This document shows positions 26,777 through 34,188 of a stretch of 64,000 nucleotides of DNA, piece after piece (within the stretch, counting starts at the first letter, position 1; each line of letters begins with the position of its first letter). The notes under the pieces are model-generated. The model searched no databases and was not told the DNA's origin. It saw only the letters and a program-made list of their open reading frames with translations. Origin of the DNA: Bacteroidia bacterium (GTDB lineage: Bacteria > Bacteroidota > Bacteroidia > NS11-12g > UBA955); NCBI GenBank assembly GCA_965655465.1, contig CBFHGY010000002.1, forward strand, positions 9,982-73,981, read 5' to 3'. Both the position numbers and the translations under genes were made by a program.

Positions 26777-28052
26777 AGGTTTTTAGCAGCTCAAACAGAC
26801 GGTCGATATCTGCTTTTTGATTGTAATAATGGGTCGAAACTCGAATACAATCCACTTTGTTTTCGCCAACATACCGCAAAATTAAACCATTTTTACGGGC
26901 GTAATTCACAAATCCTTGTTGGGATTTTTCTCCCGATCCGTCCCCTTTAAATTGGGTAATTTTAAATCCAAGTTGAGCTCCTACATATTCCGAATCGGTA
27001 TAATTCAGGGTGGCTACTTTTGAACCGGCATCCTTAAGGACATTTCGCAAATATCCTTGCAATTCCTTAACCCGGTTTTCGATGCGTTCCGCACCAATAT
27101 GTTGGTACCAATTTAAAGCTGCTTTACAACCTTCCAGTTGGGGTCCTGAAAAACTTCCATAGGCATAACGGCTCACTTCTTCGATCGGAAGATCCATTTC
27201 AGGGGGCTGTGCGCTCATATCAAAAGCATTTACCGAATATGCGGCAACATGCGTAACCCGTGTATTGGCAATGCGTTCCTTCCGCATGTACATCCAGCCG
27301 CTGCCAATTGGGCCTAACATCCATTTATGAAAGCATCCTGCATAGTAATCGCAACCGATTTCTCGCACATTAAAACGGATCATTCCCAAAGGATGGGCGC
27401 CATCTATTACCGAAATAATTCCTTTTTCGCGCGCAAAATCGCAGACTTCCTTTACGGGTAAAATCTGACCTGTGGTACAAGGAATATGAGGTATGGCAAT
27501 TACTTTTGTTTTGGGGGAAATTGATTTTGCTATGATATCCAGAAATTCCTGGGGGCTCGAACCTATTGGAACAGCGGTAATTTTAATGCCCTCTAATTGC
27601 GATCTGCGCATCCATGCAGCACAACCACCGATATGTTCATGGGTGGTTATAATAACTTCATCGCCCGTTTTTAAGGGAATGCCCCATGCGATGTGATTGA
27701 TGCCCTCGCTTACGTTTTTGGTTATGCCTATTTCTTCAGGAAGACAACCAATGAGATCTGCCAATTGGGTCTCTAAAGTCTTGTCATGGTGCGGATATTG
27801 GGCGTTTTCTGCAATTTTTAAGTAGGCATTTTGAACGGCATCCAAAACGGGTTTGGGCGTAATTCCCATAGTGCCGTTATTCAGGAAAATTAATTCCTTT
27901 TTTAGGGGGAAATAACCACGGATTTTTTCCCAACTTGAAACATCAAGGTCTGAAATAGAGGTGGAGCCGTTCATTGACTTCCCCAAAGAAGGAAATAATG
28001 GAGCTGCAAATGCGGTGCTTAATCCTAACTTTATGAATTTCTTCCGTTCCAT
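26763..28052 (-). CDS. Class V aminotransferase-fold PLP enzyme (cysteine desulfurase / isopenicillin-N-epimerase-like) with N-terminal signal-like sequence
   Basis: The protein is 429 aa. It has DGAHPLG...CFHKWMLGPIGSGWMY (PLP-lysine context) and the N-terminus MERKKFIKLGLSTAFAAPLFPSLG. Confidence 0.7.
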   Translation of the reverse strand: MERKKFIKLGLSTAFAAPLFPSLGKSMNGSTSISDLDVSSWEKIRGYFPLKKELIFLNNGTMGITPKPVLDAVQNAYLKIAENAQYPHHDKTLETQLADLIGCLPEEIGITKNVSEGINHIAWGIPLKTGDEVIITTHEHIGGCAAWMRRSQLEGIKITAVPIGSSPQEFLDIIAKSISPKTKVIAIPHIPCTTGQILPVKEVCDFAREKGIISVIDGAHPLGMIRFNVREIGCDYYAGCFHKWMLGPIGSGWMYMRKERIANTRVTHVAAYSVNAFDMSAQPPEMDLPIEEVSRYAYGSFSGPQLEGCKAALNWYQHIGAERIENRVKELQGYLRNVLKDAGSKVATLNYTDSEYVGAQLGFKITQFKGDGSGEKSQQGFVNYARKNGLILRYVGENKVDCIRVSTHYYNQKADIDRLFELLKTYAWN

Positions 28053-28403
28053 TGCCCCTGCATTTTACGTAATAATCTGTAAAATCAAAAACAAAGCGCG
28101 GAATTCTTTGTCTGATTTTGGGATTATATTGGATATAAAGCCGACTATAATTGGGGCACAGATGCCAAATATTAGTCGAAATGGATAACCTTTGAAATGG
28201 TTAAATGCTGCGTATGATAGATGCAATTTGGTCTCAATTCAAGGTGTATTTTTGCTTGGGGTTTGGAAATCAATTGTGCACACATTATGTAAGAGCCAGG
28301 AGTTTTTAAATCCTTTTTGAGGGATTTTTTAGATTTTCTGGATGAAAACAAGCCCCAAATGATTCATAAAGCAGCTGAAAACGGGTTTCTACAATAAGTT
28401 CCT

Positions 28404-28411
28404 TATTTTTG
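28404..28411 (+). promoter_or_regulatory. -7 promoter box TATTTTTG upstream of anmK
   Basis: This is an exact TAnnTTTG match 23 nt upstream of ATG 28435. Confidence 0.4.
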
Positions 28412-28434
28412 CGAGAGGTCAATCTAGATTAATT

Positions 28435-29517
28435 ATGAATGTACTAGGGATTATGAGTGGAACGAGCATGGACGGTATTGATTTAGCACTGTGTTCTGTA
28501 AATCAGGAAGGTAATGACTGGAAGGTTGAAATATTAAAGGCAATAACCTTGCCGTATAATGAAACTTGGAGGGTTCGGTTGTCTCAACTCAAATACCAAA
28601 ATCCCGAACTGTATGTAAGAACCGATGTGTTTTACGGCCGATATTTGGGTGAATTGGCTTTGGCCTTTCAGAAAGAAACGGGATTGAATATAGATCTGAT
28701 TGCCTCGCACGGTCATACCATTTTTCATCAACCCCATAAATGGATTACCTCTCAAATAGGTGATGGCGCTACCTTGTACGGAACTTCCGGAATTCCTACA
28801 GTAAGTAATTTCCGCAGAGCTGATGTGGCTGCTGGCGGACAAGGAGCACCTTTAGTAACGGTAGGAGATGAACTTTTGTTCTCCGAGTATGACGCATGTT
28901 TGAACTTGGGGGGATTTTCTAATGTTTCTATAAAATCTGCAAGCGGACGGATTTCATTTGATATAGCTCCATGTAATATCGTATTAAATCGTCTTGCCCG
29001 CGAACGTAAATTAAAATATGATGAAGGAGGTAAAATTGCTGAAGAGGGCAGTATTATCTATCCTTTATTAGAACAATTAAACGCCATCTCTTTCTATGGA
29101 AAGTCTGCTCCCAAAAGTTTGGGACGCGAATGGATCAATAAAGAATTTTGGCATATTGTACGTGATTTCGACGATCAACCTCTTGAAGATCGGATGAAGA
29201 CCTTGGTTATGCATATTGCCACTCAAATTTCTAAGGCTTTGGAATTGAATTCGGATACGCCTTTATCTGAGATGCGCATTTTGGTAAGTGGAGGCGGTGC
29301 TTTCAATACAACGCTCATGGATTATATCCAATCAGAAACCGAGGCTAATATAGTGATACCTGATTCCCAATTGGTTCAATATAAAGAAGCCATGATTTTT
29401 GCTCTGTTGGGAGCTATGCGTGTGAAGAATCTTAGCAACGTATCAGGGGCAACAACAGGGGCCACTCGTTCGGTAATTGGGGGTTCATTGGATGGGGATT
29501 TTTCAAAGCTATTATAA
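28435..29517 (+). CDS. anmK: Anhydro-N-acetylmuramic acid kinase
   Basis: The N-terminal GIMSGTSMDGIDLAL motif and overall AnmK-like length (360 aa) support the call. Confidence 0.85.
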   Translation: MNVLGIMSGTSMDGIDLALCSVNQEGNDWKVEILKAITLPYNETWRVRLSQLKYQNPELYVRTDVFYGRYLGELALAFQKETGLNIDLIASHGHTIFHQPHKWITSQIGDGATLYGTSGIPTVSNFRRADVAAGGQGAPLVTVGDELLFSEYDACLNLGGFSNVSIKSASGRISFDIAPCNIVLNRLARERKLKYDEGGKIAEEGSIIYPLLEQLNAISFYGKSAPKSLGREWINKEFWHIVRDFDDQPLEDRMKTLVMHIATQISKALELNSDTPLSEMRILVSGGGAFNTTLMDYIQSETEANIVIPDSQLVQYKEAMIFALLGAMRVKNLSNVSGATTGATRSVIGGSLDGDFSKLL

Positions 29518-30766
29518 CGTGAAACTAGATACATTAATACACAAGTTTGAGAACAAACAAGCACATATTGTGTTCTCATGGAAAGACAGTGAAACTGAAG
29601 CAGAAGGCTGGGTTGTAATCAATTCTTTACGAAACGGAGCCGCTGGCGGTGGAACCCGTATGCGTAAAGGCTTGAATCAGCGCGAGGTGGAAAGTTTGGC
29701 CAAAACGATGGAGGTTAAATTTACCATAGCTGGCCCTCCAATTGGTGGTGCCAAATCGGGTATTAATTTCGATCCTGCTGACCCTCGTAAAAAGGGCGTT
29801 CTGGAGCGTTGGTATAAAGCCGTTAAACCTATTTTGAAGCATTATTATGGCACCGGTGGAGATTTGAACGTAGATGAAATTCATGAGGTTATTCCGATGA
29901 CAGCAGCTTTGGATGTATTGCATCCCCAAGAAGGTGTAGTTAATGGATACCATACTGCCTATACTCCGGAAGAGCGTTTGAAGGCTATTTCTCGCTTGCA
30001 AACCGGAGTTTTGTTGCCTATTTCTGATGAGCGTTTAACACCCTCTTTAGAAAAAGGATATACCATTGCCGATATGATAACGGGATGGGGTGTTGCAGAA
30101 GCCGTTCGCCATTACTATGAAATCTATGGTGGATTTATGAACAACAAACTTGCCATCATTCAAGGTTGGGGTAATGTTGCGGCTGCGGCTGCATTTTATC
30201 TTACCAAATACGGGGTTCGTATTGGAGGAATTATCGATCGCAATGGTGGAATCATCGATCCCAAAGGTTTGGGTCATGATGAAATCGTTTCTTTATTTCT
30301 AAGTAGAGATGGGAATGCTTTGAATGCACCCAATATGATGTCGTTTGAAGAAGTAAATGAAAAAATTTGGGATTTACCCGCGGAGATATTTATTCCTGGA
30401 GCGGCGAGCCGTTTAATTACGGAAGATCAAGTACATCGAATGGTACAATCGGGTATTGAAGTCGTTTCCTGTGGAGCCAATGTTCCATTTGCAGATTCAG
30501 AAATTTTCATGGGTCCGATTTCAAAACTAGCAGATTCTCAAATGGCTGTTTTGCCTGATTTTATTGCGAATTGCGGTATGGCACGTGTTTTTGCCTATTT
30601 AATGGGCCAAAATGCTGAACTTACTGATACGGCCATCTTCAAAGATGTAAGCGAAATTATTGCGGGCGCTCTTGCAAGAGTGCATCAATTTAATCCAAAA
30701 TCTACAGGGATTTCCGCAAAAGCCTTGGAAATGAGTTTAACCGATTTAGTACGCCAATATGAATAA
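29477..30766 (+). CDS. Glu/Leu/Phe/Val dehydrogenase family protein
   Basis: The motifs GGGTRMRKG and PIGGAKSGINFDP are present, with a C-terminal NAD(P)-binding region (IQGWGNVAAAAA). The tracked start overlaps anmK by 41 nt, so the true start may be Met7 (29495). Confidence 0.75.
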   Translation: MGVHWMGIFQSYYNVKLDTLIHKFENKQAHIVFSWKDSETEAEGWVVINSLRNGAAGGGTRMRKGLNQREVESLAKTMEVKFTIAGPPIGGAKSGINFDPADPRKKGVLERWYKAVKPILKHYYGTGGDLNVDEIHEVIPMTAALDVLHPQEGVVNGYHTAYTPEERLKAISRLQTGVLLPISDERLTPSLEKGYTIADMITGWGVAEAVRHYYEIYGGFMNNKLAIIQGWGNVAAAAAFYLTKYGVRIGGIIDRNGGIIDPKGLGHDEIVSLFLSRDGNALNAPNMMSFEEVNEKIWDLPAEIFIPGAASRLITEDQVHRMVQSGIEVVSCGANVPFADSEIFMGPISKLADSQMAVLPDFIANCGMARVFAYLMGQNAELTDTAIFKDVSEIIAGALARVHQFNPKSTGISAKALEMSLTDLVRQYE

Positions 30767-31991
30767 GCACATAGCCGATCGCTTTTGCGATTATGCAAAA
30801 ATCGATACCCAAAGCGACCCAGATAGTACCACATTCCCGAGTACTGAAAAACAGAAAGACTTGAGCCGGGTATTGGTTCAAGAATTGTTAGAAATGGGTT
30901 TAGAAGATGCCCATTTAGACGAATACGGATATGTATATGCAACGTTAAAATCCAATGTGGCTGCTACGGTTCCTACTTTGTGTTTTTGCGCGCACGTAGA
31001 TACGTCTCCAGATTGTACCGGTGCTGATGTAAAGCCTATAATTCATAGGAATTATCAAGGTCAAGACTTGGTACTTCCCGATGATCCAAAACAAGTTATT
31101 CGTACTGCAGAACATCCGTATTTAAATCAGCGTATTGGCGACGATATCATTACAGCCTCTGGTACTACCTTATTAGGGGCAGACGATAAAGCGGGGGTAG
31201 CGGTGATTATGGATTTTGTGCAATTCATGCAAAACAATCCTCAACTGCCTCATGGCGATATTCGTATTTTATTTACACCTGATGAAGAAATTGGGCGAGG
31301 AGTTGATTATGTAAATATCGAAAAGTTAGCAGCAGAAGTGGGCTATACCCTAGACGGAGGTGTTCGCGGAAGTTATGAAGATGAAACCTTTAGTGCTGAT
31401 GGTGCAACGGTGAATTTTTACGGCGTATCTGCTCATCCTGGTTATGCCAAGAACAAATTGGTTAATGCATTGAAAATTGCAGGTGACTTTTTAAGTCGAT
31501 TCCCCAAAGATTCTTTCAGTCCTGAAACTACTTCTGGACGGGAAGGCTTCGTACATCCGGTTACTATGGGTGGAGTAGCCGAACATGCTTGGGTTAAATT
31601 CATTGTGCGTGATTTTGAAACAGCAAAATTGGCCGAACACGAAGCACGTTTAAAAGCGATTGCAGAAGATACCGTTTCAGATTATCCAGGCGCACGCATG
31701 GAAATGAGTACCGAGGAACAATATCGTAATATGAAGGAAGTGGTGTCTTTGAGACCCGAAATTTCGGATTATGCGATAAAAGCCATAGAGATGGCAGGAT
31801 TAAGTCCCAAATTAAGCAGTGCTAGAGGGGGAACCGACGGTTCTCGTTTAAGCTTTATGGGATTGCCCTGTCCGAATATTTTTACCGGAGAGATGGCATT
31901 TCATGGCAAACATGAATATGTAAGCGTTCAAGATATGGAAAAATCCCGCGAAGTGTTGGTACACCTCGCAGGATTATGGGCAGCTCATTAA
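30759..31991 (+). CDS. pepT: Peptidase T (tripeptide aminopeptidase, M20B)
   Basis: The N-terminus is RFCDYAKIDTQSDPDSTTFPSTEKQ. The motifs CAHVDTSPD, GADDKAGVA and FTPDEEIGRG are typical of PepT. Confidence 0.85.
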   Translation: MNKHIADRFCDYAKIDTQSDPDSTTFPSTEKQKDLSRVLVQELLEMGLEDAHLDEYGYVYATLKSNVAATVPTLCFCAHVDTSPDCTGADVKPIIHRNYQGQDLVLPDDPKQVIRTAEHPYLNQRIGDDIITASGTTLLGADDKAGVAVIMDFVQFMQNNPQLPHGDIRILFTPDEEIGRGVDYVNIEKLAAEVGYTLDGGVRGSYEDETFSADGATVNFYGVSAHPGYAKNKLVNALKIAGDFLSRFPKDSFSPETTSGREGFVHPVTMGGVAEHAWVKFIVRDFETAKLAEHEARLKAIAEDTVSDYPGARMEMSTEEQYRNMKEVVSLRPEISDYAIKAIEMAGLSPKLSSARGGTDGSRLSFMGLPCPNIFTGEMAFHGKHEYVSVQDMEKSREVLVHLAGLWAAH

Positions 31992-33088
31992 GCGAGTTGC
32001 CCGATTTCTTTTAAGTGCATAAAGTGTGAGCGTACCGCCTTGAAAAAGGTTGGTACCTCATTGTATTTTACATTGAATTCAGCACAGGTCTTCTTTACAA
32101 TCTCATTAATATTGGGATAGTGAATATGGCTGATTTTGGGAAATAAGTGGTGTTCTACTTGGAAATTTAATCCGCCTAACAACCAGGTTAAGACTTTGCT
32201 TTTGGTACTGAAGTTTGAAGTTGTGCGAATTTGGTGGGTAGCCCAATCGTCTTGAACGCGAATAGCATCTAATTCAACTTGTGCGGTTTTCGCTTCAGCG
32301 GCATCAGTAACAAAATGGATGTCTTCAACAACGTGTGCCAATTGAAATACCACGGTGATGCATATTCCCGTAATCAGGGCCATTAGAAGGTAACCTAAAA
32401 CAGCGGTTTTAAAGCCTATGAAGTAGGCAGGGAATAATACGAATATAAAGACGTACACCAATTTTGCTGCCCAGAATTCAAAATGCTTCCATGCGTTGAG
32501 TTTATTCTTAAAAGGGCGGTCTACTACTTTACCTGTGAAATACTTTTTAAAATCTTGCATGTAAATCCAAGCTAAATAAGCAACAGTATATAAAGGCATT
32601 CCATAAATATGTTGGTACTTATGAAACCAAAGTTTCTTTTTTGCGGTATTTACGCGCAAAAGGGGCCAAAGATCAATGTCGTCATCAACGCCCTCAATAT
32701 TGGTAAAACTGTGATGCACCACATTGTGCTTTTCAGCCCATAGAAACGCATTACCTCCGAGCAGATTCAGTGAATTTGCCATTGCTTTATTTATCCATGT
32801 ATGTTTCGAGTAACTGCCATGTGCTCCATCGTGCATTACATTAAATCCAATTCCTGCAAAAGAAAGTCCCATTATGGCATAGGCTAAATAAATCCATGCA
32901 TTTTCAGGGTGCAATGCTAAAATCATCACATAACATCCAATGAGGGTTGCAAATAAAATAATCGTTTTCCAGTACAACTTCCAGTTTCCAGTAGGTTGAA
33001 TATTATTATCACTGAAATAGTCGTTGATTCTGTTTCTCAAGGTAGAGAAAAATTCGCCGTTACGGCCTTCAAATCGAATAGGTGTCAT
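31988..33088 (-). CDS. Membrane fatty-acid desaturase, front-end type histidine boxes
   Basis: Three boxes are present: HDGAHG, HNVVHH and QVEHHLFP (Q in the third box). Multiple TM segments are present and there is no cytochrome b5 domain. Confidence 0.8.
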   Translation of the reverse strand: MTPIRFEGRNGEFFSTLRNRINDYFSDNNIQPTGNWKLYWKTIILFATLIGCYVMILALHPENAWIYLAYAIMGLSFAGIGFNVMHDGAHGSYSKHTWINKAMANSLNLLGGNAFLWAEKHNVVHHSFTNIEGVDDDIDLWPLLRVNTAKKKLWFHKYQHIYGMPLYTVAYLAWIYMQDFKKYFTGKVVDRPFKNKLNAWKHFEFWAAKLVYVFIFVLFPAYFIGFKTAVLGYLLMALITGICITVVFQLAHVVEDIHFVTDAAEAKTAQVELDAIRVQDDWATHQIRTTSNFSTKSKVLTWLLGGLNFQVEHHLFPKISHIHYPNINEIVKKTCAEFNVKYNEVPTFFKAVRSHFMHLKEIGQLA

Positions 33089-33180
33089 AGGTAAATAATC
33101 TCAAATTTACGATAAATCTTTAGTGTATTAACATTACACACGGAGATTTTTCGCTGGGGTGATTTTGTTTTAGTTTTGAT

Positions 33181-33651
33181 TTAAGGTTTATTTAAGTAGG
33201 CTCCGTACATCCAAACTAGTTTTTCTTGCGCACGAATATAATCGCTCATTAATGCGTTAGTACCTTCATCTTCAATCTCTGCCGAGTCGGTGAGGATTTT
33301 CCGTTGAGCGTGAATAAGTACTTCGAAAGAATCTAAAATATGCATCACACAATCGGTTCCTTGTTGAACATTTTTCGCCGACTGAATTTTGGAATGCGCG
33401 ATATAATCTTCAAACGTATGCAGGGGGGTACCTCCAAGGGTTAAAATACGTTCGGCAATTTCATCTATTTTTAACAACAGATCGTTGTACAGTTCTTCAA
33501 ATTTCAAATGAAGTTCAAAAAATTTCTCGCCTCGAATATTCCAATGAAATCCGCGGGTGTTTTGATAAAAAACCATATAGTTAGCCAACAATCCATTCAA
33601 ATCTTGGCATAAGGCCTCACTTTTTTGGGGGTGTAATCCGATTTTGTTCAT
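33181..33651 (-). CDS. dps: Dps family DNA-protection/ferritin-like protein
   Basis: The FHWNIRGEKFFELHLKFEELY motif is present. I place the start at MNKIGLH (Met6 of the tracked ORF 33181..33666). Confidence 0.85.
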   Translation of the reverse strand: MNKIGLHPQKSEALCQDLNGLLANYMVFYQNTRGFHWNIRGEKFFELHLKFEELYNDLLLKIDEIAERILTLGGTPLHTFEDYIAHSKIQSAKNVQQGTDCVMHILDSFEVLIHAQRKILTDSAEIEDEGTNALMSDYIRAQEKLVWMYGAYLNKP

Positions 33652-33966
33652 GATCCAAATTTCCACTTATTAGTTAGTACCACCAAACCTGAAATAGGCT
33701 TGTGTGACGAATATTACCAAAAGATGTGCATCGATTTTTTGCAAAAAATCCAACCCATTAAAGAGTTTCTTCGCAGGGAATACGCAAACGCATGATCTTG
33801 TAAACTTTAGGACATCATAGGTACGGATATCCAATTTTATGTGAATGTAAAATGAGCTGTAGTGCGATTGAATGTACATACTTATGAGTACGTAACAATG
33901 GATCTAATAGATCTGAATGTTACATACTCAGTTTATATGTTGTACAGCCAATAATGGGTTTTAACG

Positions 33967-34170
33967 TTATTTCTTTTTTAGGGTACTGATTCCAAATGGA
34001 AGGTATAACGGGCATGTGCGCACGGTAGCGGTGATTAAAAAGATTGCTGCAATGATACCACTAATGATAGCGGCAGTTCCGCTAATTCTGGAAGTGGCAA
34101 TTAAAGTTGCAAGAACGGCAGCAACGCCAATACGAAATAGGCGATCGATGTTTCCAATATTTGTTTTCAT
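33967..34170 (-). CDS. DUF2892 (YgaP-like) small membrane protein
   Basis: The protein is 67 aa. It has the N-terminal NIGNIDRLFRIGVA motif and the C-terminal CPLY motif characteristic of DUF2892. Confidence 0.7.
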   Translation of the reverse strand: MKTNIGNIDRLFRIGVAAVLATLIATSRISGTAAIISGIIAAIFLITATVRTCPLYLPFGISTLKKK

Positions 34171-34188
34171 AGGTTAAAATTAAAGTAA

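Noticed and set aside
28053-28434. The 382-bp intergenic region between the class V aminotransferase gene and anmK, inspected for a riboswitch or small RNA.
   Set aside because: I saw only a short hairpin (aaatcc/ggattt) and a -7 box. Nothing matches a riboswitch class I can recognise by eye, and the 75-aa ORF at 27961-28188 overlaps the aminotransferase start and looks spurious.
33670-33879. A 69-aa minus-strand ORF in the dps upstream region, and the 79/64-aa ORFs at 15851-16151.
   Set aside because: They lie in promoter or terminator regions, have no motifs and have an odd composition. The second pair runs across the TonB-receptor terminator hairpin.
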